Source of the DNA: Azolla caroliniana
Taxonomy: Eukaryota > Plantae > Polypodiophyta
Reading direction: 5' to 3'
Length of the DNA: 64,000 bases
Assembly (NCBI GenBank): GCA_043228905.1
Contig: JBHGNT010000001.1
Span: 34,844,001-34,908,000, forward strand
The notes beneath the pieces are model-generated. The model was not told the origin of the DNA. It did not search any database and worked only from the letters and a program-made list of their open reading frames with translations. A program made the translations under genes and the position numbers. The first letter of the stretch is position 1. Each line of letters begins with the position of its first letter. Of this stretch, positions 12,883 through 22,764 are shown one piece after another.

Positions 12883-14797
12883 ATATATTACAAATACACA
12901 CATTACACATAATGATGGACACACAAAATGCACACATTCAAGTACACCCATCACCATGCAGATTGAGAAAAGAAAATCATCACGAGCCAAATTAAATGCT
13001 TGTCTCTATGTTAACCTTGATAAGCAACACCACCGAATCTTTCATGGGGTAGGACCTCAATTGTCCCCAAAGCGCATGTCACACAACCTTCTTCCGGATT
13101 CTTGACAATGCCAAGTTTAACTTTGGAGGATTTTTAATTAGTCTATTGTTTATTTGCCGAATTGGAGCCATTATTTTGATGGCCCTATTACAACCCATGA
13201 GTAAAAACACAAACTAGTGTCCCTGTTGGAGAGGGAGAGCTAATAGGTGACAAATGATAGCAGAATTTCCAAACAAGTTAGTAAGTTGGTCCTAAAGTTT
13301 GGGGGATGCCTATGCTTATGACCATGAAGAGAGTTTCAAAAAAATTGATTGGTTCTACAAGCTTGTCTCAAACATGACATGTGTTGCAACCTTTGGGCTC
13401 ACCCTTGATGATGAAGCTAGAGTGCAATTACAAACCCTCTCTAAATAAAAGCTAAATTATACTCAAATCCATGAAAGGGTTGGGGAGTTTGTAACTAGCT
13501 TTGCATGGGAAAATGCTCAAATATTTTAGATGCATCTTGCACACCAAGAGCCAACATAATCAATGTGAACTAAGACAAGACTTGTCCAAAAATAAACTTA
13601 TGAACATGTCGTCGCTAAGTTTTGCATGCGTGCTCGAGCAGAACCGTAGGGGCCTTGGACGGGGGAGTCAAAAGGTGTGAGGAGGTTGAGATTTGCACTC
13701 ACAAAATAATAGGCCCCTCGTTTAGTACGAGGCTCATCGGGCTTAGGAGCTTGTCGACAAAGTTAGAGTTTCAGACACAATTAGCTTGATGAACTCGATG
13801 AAGTTTAACACTTCATCATGGGGAAATATATATAAGTTATGATTCAAAAGTGGGTTTTCTTTTTACAATTGTTAGGCTTGACAATATGATTTCGGTGGTT
13901 TTTACAAGAACCAGTCACACGATTATACACAAATGATTATGAAACAACCAAAGGGGCTAAAATAATCCGACGAAGGCAAGTCTAGTGGGCTTCAAGCCCG
14001 ACTACCTCCGACAACTATGTTGCCTCGATTCGGAGTAGATCTCGTGCCACTACAACCTCCCTTTCGCAACCCGTCATCGAGTTAGCCCATCCTTATCTTG
14101 AAACTGCCATCACACACGACATTCTCCATCGTGGAGAAGACGACCGAGCCATCAAGTAGACCGCCACTGAAAGCCGAATAGGTTGTGACCGTTTAAGAAA
14201 CCCAAACCCAAAATATCTCAAGTAAGAAGAGAGTAGAAACCAAGCTCACAACCCCTAAGCTCATACTAATGAGGACCTCAAAACTCTTACAAGAAGAAGG
14301 GAACCCTAAACCTCTCCAACTAAGACAAAGATGGGAATAAAGAAGCAAACAAAACCCTAATCTCCAAGTTAGAAGAAGATGAGAAAAGAACTCAAGAACT
14401 CATGAACCCTAAATCCAAGAAGAAGAAGTAGAAGTAGAAAGAGAGAGAGATGAAACCCTAAATGGTACACCCTCTAAGGCAAAATGGGCCCAAAATGGGC
14501 GACCTCTTAATAAGCCTTCTTCTTCCCTTCTTATAAAGGAAAAAGAGGCACCTATTTTAGCATTCAATGGTTTTATTATTTCCTTGGCTTTAAAAGAAAA
14601 AAAAAGGGAGGGGGGGGGGATATAAAATACTCCCTAATACGTGATGGTAGAGGCTCAAACTCTGCACCCCTCTATATATACTAACACTTATTTATTATAT
14701 ATCTATTTTCACGTTTACATGTGCTTTGTGAAATGTACGTGGAACCTCGCGTTTTCTCACACTTGACACGCCATATCATGACATCTACCACCACCAA

Positions 14798-15027
14798 ACC
14801 ACACATCCTCCAGCATGTGCCAAAAAACAAAGTGATGTGGTGGGGCCAAAGGTTGTCAACCTTTGTTTTCTTCCTTCATTGTGTCATGAAGACATACATC
14901 TTGGCTTATCATACCACACATCCTCCAGCATGTGCCAAAAAACAAAGTGATGTGGTGGGGCCAAAGGTTGTCAACCTTTGTTTTCTTCCTTCATTGTGTC
15001 ATGAAGACATACATCTTGGCTTATCAT
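14798..15027. repeat. 115-bp tandem duplication spanning the host / 5' LTR junction
   Basis: 14798-14912 equals 14913-15027. Each copy contains flank, the TSD cattg and the first 31 bp of the LTR. Confidence 0.92.
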
Positions 15028-15362
15028 GACATTCATCTTGGCGAACCAGGAATCGAACCCATAACCTCTTGGTTTACATATTGTACTTTAACCATTGTAA
15101 TAACATATGTGAGATGTAATCATAATAATTATATATTTAGTTATTACGAGATATTTAGAACATTCTAGATTATTCTAGAATGTTCTTGAATATTTCATGA
15201 TTATATTTATTATTATTATTATTCATAAATATCTAAAATATTCTAGAACATTCTAGAATACTCCATAAGGGCCTATAAATAAGAGTCCATACACTCATCA
15301 CAACTCATTCGGTTCAACACCAGTCTTTAGCCCTTAGCCTACTCCTTGTAATCTTCTTTCTC
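14997..15362 (+). repeat. 5' LTR (truncated) of chromovirus 1
   Basis: Matches 20169-20534; I saw only one substitution. Identity stops abruptly at 15362. Confidence 0.92.
15158..15280 (+). promoter_or_regulatory. Heat-shock element arrays and TATA box in LTR U3
   Basis: GAAcaTTCtaGAttaTTCtaGAAtgTTCttGAA (15158-15190), TTCtaGAAcaTTCtaGAA (15241-15258) and TATAAAT (15274). The same motifs are in the 3' LTR at +5172. Confidence 0.75.
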
Positions 15363-15416
15363 CAATAACCCTAGCAAGCTTTCTTCTTTATCCTTCTTTC
15401 TTTTTCCCCCGCGGTT

Positions 15417-16544
15417 ATGGAGTCGGTCAGCAAGCAAGAGTATATGCGTGTCCTTTCGGAGCTCGATATGCTCACCACTAAGTTTGTGGCATTAGAGCAA
15501 GAAAATCAAAGGCTACTCGGGGATCTTCAACAAGTCAGTACTGAGAAAGCTCATCAATATGAGGAGTTATCACAACGGGTTCATCAACTTGAGGCTACTA
15601 TATTAACATTACGAGAACAAGCGGCGGGGGTTCAAAACTCCCCAAGGGAACCAAAGATTAGCCTCCCTGCCAAGTTTGATGGTACCAGATCTCTCTTTCG
15701 AGGTTTCCTGAATCAAGTTCGTTTGGTGATTCAGTTACATCCCAATCGGTATCCAACTGATGCTGCCCGTGTGGGATTAATAGGAACCTTGCTAAGCGGT
15801 ACAGCGTTAGCATGGTTTGCACCACTTCTTGAGAAGAAATCACCATTACTGGAGGATTTCGAGGCATTCGTTAAGGAGTTTCAAGCTAGTTTTGGAGATA
15901 CGGATAGCACTAGGACTGCAATAAACAAGATTCGAAGACTCCGACAAGGAGATCGTCCCGCTTCAGCTTATGCCGCAGATTTCCGTCTCTTGGCATGCGA
16001 CATCCCTTGGGATGAGGCAGCCTTAATGGATCAATTCCGTCAGGGTTTGCGTAACGATGTCAAAGATCTTCTTCTTACTTTCCATGAAGATCCAAAGTCT
16101 CTTACTGAAGCTATTAGCCGAGCTGTGCGATGTGATAATCGCCTATTTGAGCGACGTTCTGAACGTCAACAAATGTTACGCCGCCAACCGGAACATACAT
16201 ACGCTTCTATAGTCGCCACACCGCCACAAGGTTCTAGACCCGTTACGAGGGATGGTCCCACTCCGATGGAAATAGAGTCGACACAACGTCGAGGGCCCTT
16301 ATCAGATGCTGAGAAACAACGACGTCGGGCGCATCGCCTATGCCTCTACTGTGGTGGTCCAGGACATATAGCTGTGAATTGTCCACATAAACCCAGGCGT
16401 CAAGTTTACCAAGTAAGTGCACATGACAACCCTACATCAAGTTCTACTATCACTTCTAATAACTTAAGTACTAAGCCTAATAGCCCATGCCATGAGAATA
16501 GATTTGATGTCTTGAGCCAATTAGAGGATGTGTTAAACGAATAA
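15417..16544 (+). CDS. gag: Gag (Ty3/gypsy, PEG10/Sushi-like capsid with CCHC zinc knuckle)
   Basis: 375 aa; PAKFDG, LRQG, GL..DVKD, PTPMEI, CLYCGGPGHIAVNC. Confidence 0.93.
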   Translation: MESVSKQEYMRVLSELDMLTTKFVALEQENQRLLGDLQQVSTEKAHQYEELSQRVHQLEATILTLREQAAGVQNSPREPKISLPAKFDGTRSLFRGFLNQVRLVIQLHPNRYPTDAARVGLIGTLLSGTALAWFAPLLEKKSPLLEDFEAFVKEFQASFGDTDSTRTAINKIRRLRQGDRPASAYAADFRLLACDIPWDEAALMDQFRQGLRNDVKDLLLTFHEDPKSLTEAISRAVRCDNRLFERRSERQQMLRRQPEHTYASIVATPPQGSRPVTRDGPTPMEIESTQRRGPLSDAEKQRRRAHRLCLYCGGPGHIAVNCPHKPRRQVYQVSAHDNPTSSSTITSNNLSTKPNSPCHENRFDVLSQLEDVLNE

Positions 16545-16583
16545 GTCCGGCCAAAATAGGAGCCATTTGGTTGGACCATCCTA
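16532..16583 (+). other. Predicted -1 ribosomal frameshift signal (G_TTA_AAC plus H-type pseudoknot)
   Basis: Pol frame is -1 to gag and open from 16508. Heptamer at 16532-16538, 6-nt spacer, 11-bp stem 16545-16555/16566-16576, loop TAGGA pairs with TCCTA at 16579-16583. Conserved at 31664-31715. Confidence 0.75.
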
Positions 16584-19500
16584 GTTATGTAGAGTCAGTA
16601 CCTAGTTGTGGTTCCATTTCATCAAATCAAGTTAGTAGAGTTTTTTCTGCACAAGTCGAGCTTAGCACATCTACAGGTCATCGCGCCCTAGCCTCTGCCC
16701 TCCTAGATTCCGGAGCCAATTCTTGTTTCATGGATCGCGAGTTTGCATTGACTCAAAACATCATCTTGAAAAAACTCCCAAACCCAGTAGCTGTAGGAGT
16801 CATCGATGGTCGCCCTATAGCATCAGGAGATATAGTCGAAGAGTATGAACCAATTCGTGTAGTCCTAGGTAATTTGGCTAGTGTCATCTCATTTAACATC
16901 ATTAGTAGTCCGGAGCACTCTCTAGTTCTTGGTCTTCCTTGGTTTGAGTTACATAACCCAACCATTGATTGGAGAAAAAGAACTATTGAAGAGGTCACCG
17001 TACAATCCAAGTCTCTTGAAGCTCAAACTAAGGATCTAGGATCCCCCACAATTTCAACAATCTCTATACATCAATTACGAGAGGATGGAAGAAAGGAAGA
17101 CATGATGGTATTTGCGGTTTTAGCAACTCCCTCATCTAGCTCACAAGAATTGGGGGTCCAACTACCAAAGAAGTACATAGAATTCTCCGATGTGTTCGAT
17201 AAGGTGAAGGCTAATAGACTACCAGAGCATCGACCATATGATTGCCCAATTGATTTGCAGCCAGGAAAAGAGCCTCCATGGGGACCAATTTATAATCTTT
17301 CGCCCACAGAGTTAGAGGTTCTTCGAGAATATATCAATGAGAACTTGGCAAATGGTTTTATCCAACATTCAAAATCTCATGCTGGTGCACCCATCTTTTT
17401 CGTTAAGAAGAAAGATGGTACGCTTCGTATGGTCGTGGATTATCGAGGCTTGAATAAAGTGACCGTTAGAAACCGATATGCTCTCCCATTGATCTCAAGC
17501 CTTCTAGAACGCCTCAGTGAAGCAAAGTATTTCACGAAGTTAGATCTTCGAGGTGCCTACAACCTTGTTCGAATTCGTCCTGGGGATGAATGGAAGACGG
17601 CGTTCCGCACTCGCTATGGTCATTTTGAGTACACAGTGATGCCTTTTGGCCTCACGAATGCACCAGCAGTCTTCCAACATATGGCGAATGATATTTTTCG
17701 AGACTTCCTCGATATCTTCATCATTGTTTACCTGGATGATATCTTGATCTACTCAAAGACTCAAGAAGAACATGATATACATGTTCGCCAAGTTTTGCAA
17801 CGGCTACGAGAGTATGGTCTCTATGCAAAATTGGAGAAGTGTAGTTTCGACCAATGTCAAGTGGAGTTTTTGGGGTACATAGTCTCTTCAAATGGCATCT
17901 CTATGGATCCATCAAAGGTTCAAACAATTTTGGATTGGCAAACACCACAGTCCGTGCGAGATGTGCAATGTTTTTTGGGGTTCGCAAACTTTTATCGCAA
18001 GTTCATCAAAGATTATTCAAAAATTGTGTTGCCCCTCACTCAACTGACGCACAAGAATCGACCATTTGTATGGAGTATAGATGCGAACTCTGCATTTGAG
18101 GGTTTAAAGCAAGCATTTACATCCGCACCAATCTTAATCCATGTCGATCCAATGAGGCGCTTTATACTTGAAGCTGATGCATCGGATTTCGCACTCGGAA
18201 GTGTACTATCCCAAATTGGTGATGATGGTGAACTGCACCCGGTGGCTTTTCACTCACGAAAATTTGAAGCCGCAGAAATCAACTATGAGATTCACGACAA
18301 AGAGCTTCTTGCCATTGTGGATTCTTTTCAACAATGGCGTCATTTTCTGGAGGGTTCTTCTCAGCAGATTATTGTCTACAATGATCATAAAAATCTAACA
18401 TACTTTCAAAGTGCTCGAGTCTTGAATCGACGACAAGCTCGTTGGGCGCAGTTCTTAACTCGTTTCGATTTTGTAATTCTATATCGCCCTGGGATGCAAC
18501 AAGGAAAAGCAGATGCTTTATCTAGACGTTCGTATATGGAACTTCAACCTGGAGAGGCCGCATTTGAAAGCCAAAAGCAAATCCTCTTAGGTCCTGATCG
18601 TCTACGAATAATGGCAATGCATACCATCAACACACCGGGAGATTCAAGGCTTCTTGATTCCATTCGTGAGCAGATTGCGACTGATGCGTTCGCCCAAGAG
18701 ATTTTGAGCCATATTATCCCAAATCGTGCATCTAGCTCCCAAACTCAAAATCCTCGTCTAGACTACACCCAGTTTAGTTGGCATGATGGGTTACTTTTTC
18801 GACAAACTCTCTTGTATGTGCCTGACGGTCCTTCTCGACTCAAAGTCATGCAACAATGTCATGACACACCAATGGCGGGACACTTCGGCATCCACAAGAC
18901 TTTTGAGTTGATTTCTCGCCGATATTGGTGGCCACGGCTTCGCCATTTTGTTACGGATTATGTTCATAGCTGTGATACATGTTGCCGATCAAAAAAGCCT
19001 CGACATCATCCATATGGCTTATTACAACCAATGCCTATTCCGGAGAGCCCATGGAAATCTATTTCCTTGGACTTTATTACGGATCTTCCACCTTCCAAGG
19101 GATTTGATTCGATTCTCACGGTTGTCGATCGTTTTACGAAGATGGCACATTTCCTTCCATGCACAAAGACCATTACTAGTCAAGAGACAGCTGATTTACT
19201 CATGCGGGAGGTGTTTCGCCATCATGGTCTTCCGGATGATATTATCAGTGATCGGGGTCCCCAATTCATCTCGAAATTTTGGCGGCACATGTTCAAACTC
19301 TTACATACTTCTTGTAAACTCTCTTCCGGCTACCATCCAGAGACTAATGGGCAGAGTGAGCGCACCAACCAAACAGTCGAGCAATATCTACGTTGTTTTG
19401 TCAACTATCAACAAGATGATTGGGTGGATTTACTACCTTTGGCAGAATTTGCTTATAACAACTCCGAGCATTCTTCTACTGGATATTCCCCATTTTTTGC

Positions 19501-20176
19501 AAACATTGGGTACCATCCTCGTTGGACGATGCTTGAACATCCTGAACTCCCAAAAAACCCAGCTGCTGAAGATCGGCTCACTCGACTCCAAGAAGTTCAG
19601 GATATGCTTTTGCATCATTTATGTGAAGCCCAAAACACTCAAAAGAAGATTGCTGACCGTCATCGGCGTGATTCATCGACTACATTTCAAGTAGGCGATC
19701 GTGTATGGCTCTTACAAGGTAGCATTAAAACGACCCGACCTTGCTACAAATTGGATTATCAACGTTTTGGCCCATATGTCATAAGTGGTAAGATCAATGA
19801 TGTGACATTTCGTCTTGATCTTCCTCCTCATATGCGTCTTCACCCGGTCTTCCATGTTTCACTTTTGGAGCCCTACACAACGAGCTCTATTCCGGGTCGT
19901 GTTACACCTCCCCCACCTCCAATTGACGTTTCCAATGGCTCTGAATATGAGGTTGCCGCTATCCTCGACTCCAAGATCATTCGCAACAAACTATACTACT
20001 TGGTTGATTGGTTAGGCTATACACCTAATGATCGAACATGGGAGCCTGCCGAACATCTTGCCAATGCCTCTGACATGGTTGTTGCATTTCACAACCAATA
20101 TCCTCATAAACCAAGTCTGAACTCTTTTCTTCCGACTCGTGCAACTCGTCATCGAAAAGGGGGGATAATGTCATGA
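16538..20176 (+). CDS. pol: Pol polyprotein: protease, RT, RNase H, integrase, chromodomain (probably made as a Gag-Pol fusion)
   Basis: Uninterrupted ORF (track 16571-20176, no ATG start). LLDSGA, YLDD, ADASD/DHKNL/ADALSR, HHCC, D-D-E, GPY, chromodomain EYEVAAILDS...YLVDWLGY...TWEP. Confidence 0.93.
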   Translation, partial: RISPAKIGAIWLDHPSYVESVPSCGSISSNQVSRVFSAQVELSTSTGHRALASALLDSGANSCFMDREFALTQNIILKKLPNPVAVGVIDGRPIASGDIVEEYEPIRVVLGNLASVISFNIISSPEHSLVLGLPWFELHNPTIDWRKRTIEEVTVQSKSLEAQTKDLGSPTISTISIHQLREDGRKEDMMVFAVLATPSSSSQELGVQLPKKYIEFSDVFDKVKANRLPEHRPYDCPIDLQPGKEPPWGPIYNLSPTELEVLREYINENLANGFIQHSKSHAGAPIFFVKKKDGTLRMVVDYRGLNKVTVRNRYALPLISSLLERLSEAKYFTKLDLRGAYNLVRIRPGDEWKTAFRTRYGHFEYTVMPFGLTNAPAVFQHMANDIFRDFLDIFIIVYLDDILIYSKTQEEHDIHVRQVLQRLREYGLYAKLEKCSFDQCQVEFLGYIVSSNGISMDPSKVQTILDWQTPQSVRDVQCFLGFANFYRKFIKDYSKIVLPLTQLTHKNRPFVWSIDANSAFEGLKQAFTSAPILIHVDPMRRFILEADASDFALGSVLSQIGDDGELHPVAFHSRKFEAAEINYEIHDKELLAIVDSFQQWRHFLEGSSQQIIVYNDHKNLTYFQSARVLNRRQARWAQFLTRFDFVILYRPGMQQGKADALSRRSYMELQPGEAAFESQKQILLGPDRLRIMAMHTINTPGDSRLLDSIREQIATDAFAQEILSHIIPNRASSSQTQNPRLDYTQFSWHDGLLFRQTLLYVPDGPSRLKVMQQCHDTPMAGHFGIHKTFELISRRYWWPRLRHFVTDYVHSCDTCCRSKKPRHHPYGLLQPMPIPESPWKSISLDFITDLPPSKGFDSILTVVDRFTKMAHFLPCTKTITSQETADLLMREVFRHHGLPDDIISDRGPQFISKFWRHMFKLLHTSCKLSSGYHPETNGQSERTNQTVEQYLRCFVNYQQDDWVDLLPLAEFAYNNSEHSSTGYSPFFANIGYHPRWTMLEHPELPKNPAAEDRLTRLQEVQDMLLHHLCEAQNTQKKIADRHRRDSSTTFQVGDRVWLLQGSIKTTRPCYKLDYQRFGPYVISGKINDVTFRLDLPPHMRLHPVFHVSLLEPYTTSSIPGRVTPPPPPIDVSNGSEYEVAAILDSKIIRNKLYYLVDWLGYTPNDRTWEPAEHLANASDMVVAFHNQYPHKPSLNSFLPTRATRHRKGGIMS

Positions 20177-20717
20177 AGACATACATCTTGGCTTATCATG
20201 ACATTCATCTTGGCGAACCAGGAATCGAACCCATAACCTCTTGGTTTACATATTGTACTTTAACCATTGTAATAACATATGTGAGATGTAATCATAATAA
20301 TTATATGTTTAGTTATTACGAGATATTTAGAACATTCTAGATTATTCTAGAATGTTCTTGAATATTTCATGATTATATTTATTATTATTATTATTCATAA
20401 ATATCTAAAATATTCTAGAACATTCTAGAATACTCCATAAGGGCCTATAAATAAGAGTCCATACACTCATCACAACTCATTCGGTTCAACACCAGTCTTT
20501 AGCCCTTAGCCTACTCCTTGTAATCTTCTTTCTCATAATATAATCTCATTCCCATTTCTTATCTCTCACTTATACTTTTCTCTCTCTCGCATTCTCTCCC
20601 TTTTTCACTCTCTTTTGCTATCACTATCGCTATCTCTACCGCTCTCGCCATCTCTATCGTTATCGTTATCTCTATCGCCATCGCTCTCTCTCTGCTTCCT
20701 ACTCAAGAGTCACGACA
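20169..20717 (+). repeat. 3' LTR (complete, 549 bp) of chromovirus 1
   Basis: TG...CA termini, followed by TSD cattg. U5 contains ctatcg/ctctcg hexamer repeats. Confidence 0.92.
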
Positions 20718-20939
20718 CATTGCGCCTTGTCCGCGGTAGATCCACCATCATCTTTGACATCATCTCCACAAAATTTTCTTCTTCCATCTCCATCCTCCCT
20801 TACTGCTCTTTCATGTCGAGTTCACCACTTCATTAGGTTTTGAAAACTTGTTACTAAGTGCGGATCGTGAGGTGAAACTGCTGAGGTTTTGGACTCGAAG
20901 GATTTAGGGCTCAGAAGCACAACACAAACGTAGGGGAGG

Positions 20940-21470
20940 AAGGCTTACACACACAAGGCACGAAAGTTCGAACGCCTTTATGAAAAGGAGAGACACATGG
21001 GCAGGAGCGAATCAACCCCTAATCATGTCAAGATGAATGAACGCACGAGAGGTACTTACTCACACAAGACACAAAGATTTGAACGTGTTTGTGAAAAGGA
21101 GAGGTGAATGGGCAAGCCTGAATCAACCCCTAGTCATAAGATGAATGAACACATGAGAGGAATGCTTACACACACAAGACACAAAAGTTTGAATGCCTTT
21201 GTGAAAAGGAGAGGTGCATGGGCAAGCCTGAATCAACCTCTAGTCACAAGACAAATGAATGCATGAGAGGAAGGCTTACACACACAAGACACAAATGGTT
21301 TCCCGAAACCTTCCCATCACAAGACTCACGAACACACAAGCGAGGTTTACAAAAGTGACACAAATGTTTGAATGCCTTTGTGAAAGGAGAGGTACATGGG
21401 CACGCCCGAAACGGTCCCCAATCACAAGACACACAAACACACAAGAGGAAGGTTTACACATAAGACACGT
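20940..21470. repeat. Diverged tandem array of about 110-120 bp units (4-5 copies), probably part of an unidentified transposon
   Basis: Recurring acacacaagacacaaa..tttgaa.gcctttgtgaaaaggagagg..catgggca...gaatcaacccctagtca. Confidence 0.8.
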
Positions 21471-22764
21471 AGGTAAAAGGAAACATTACTTGTTTACAAA
21501 ATAAGAGATTCTTTTATAAAATAAGGTTTCAGTTACAATAGGTTTAATACAAAGAAAATGGTTCATCAAGGAAGGGGGAAGAGAGATGGAGAAAAGAAAT
21601 GAGTGGAGTATTGAATAGGGAGATCCTTGGTTGATGTTGCCTCTTGATGTTGATGATTCCTCTTCTTTTGCCTTGCAATTTTGTAGGGCTTCTGTATCTC
21701 TTCTCCTCTTCCCCCATTCTTGTTAAGAATAAGCTCTTATTTATAGGTTTTCTATTACTTACTTTTTTCCGTAAAAAAAGCTTATCTATGTGAAGTGTTT
21801 CTATTTTTCATCACTATTTCCCTTGTGTGATCTCAAATTTGAAATGCAATATATTTTTGGAAAGCTTTTCGTGTTAGCTTTCTTATGATTATTTTCTTTT
21901 CGAATTTGGATATCATATGAAGAAATTTTGAACTTTTTTCTCTACCTAGTTCTTCATATCCACGCCTTGTTTTTTCCCACTTTTTTCTATGCTTTTGAAA
22001 ACTGCATTTAACTTTATATCATTCATCATACAAGGTTTATAATCCCTTGACCTTTTATTCATAAGGCATTCTCTTTGACAAAATGATTTGTTTTTTGCTA
22101 CTAACAAAGTTCACTTCACAATACTAGTTTATTTGAACTACTATTCTATTTCCTTTTTAGGGTGGTTTCACACTACGTGTTGAAAACATCACGACAAAGT
22201 TCAATGGAGGATTATATGAATCTACCTTACATAACTTCTTGATTTCTTGCCCATGTAGGTCATTCTCTAAACGCAAACCATAATAACCACAATACAAGTG
22301 AGGCAAGGCCACATATATTTCTACACAAAACACTCTAGAATATTGGAGAATGACCAATGACCTATGTTGTTAGGGTCTAGGGAAACATTGCCCCATGTAT
22401 TAAGGAGACCAAAGTGGTCATGAGTGCCCGTATTTAAACCCATGTATACCACAATATTCCAAGCAAGACAAGTGAAAAACTTGTGAGCAGATGATCACAA
22501 GAAGCACTAAAACAATTATTTTAAGAAACCTTTAAGGTCTCGAACATGCATCAAGACCCTTGAAGCTGCTCCTTCCACCAAGACGATACAACCAATGTGC
22601 AAAACTAGGAACTCAAAGTAAATTAACTTAGACTAACGCACTAGTACACCCATGTTTATACTATTGAAACTAGTAAAGTAAACTAAGCCCTAAAAGACAT
22701 CTAGATGTCCAAATGTCCGCGAAGCATTAGCTAGAAAATTGGAAACTGATCTTGAAGGCACTTA

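Larger units (their letters stand above)
14997..20717 (+). mobile_element. Ty3/gypsy chromovirus (Tcn1-like) LTR retrotransposon, young, coding-intact, 5' LTR lacking U5 and PBS
   Basis: Termini TGTCATGA...TCACGACA; 5-bp TSD CATTG at 14992-14996 and 20718-20722; PPT aaaaggggggataa before 20169; gag plus PR-RT-RH-IN-chromodomain pol. Confidence 0.95.

Noticed and set aside
15040-15110. Functional tRNA gene in the LTR
   Set aside because: A/B boxes are present but no acceptor or anticodon stems can be formed; reported as a tRNA-like promoter module instead.
18948-19694. 248-aa alternative-frame ORF inside the integrase region
   Set aside because: Non-ATG start, no domain, and no evident conservation in chromovirus 2; likely chance.
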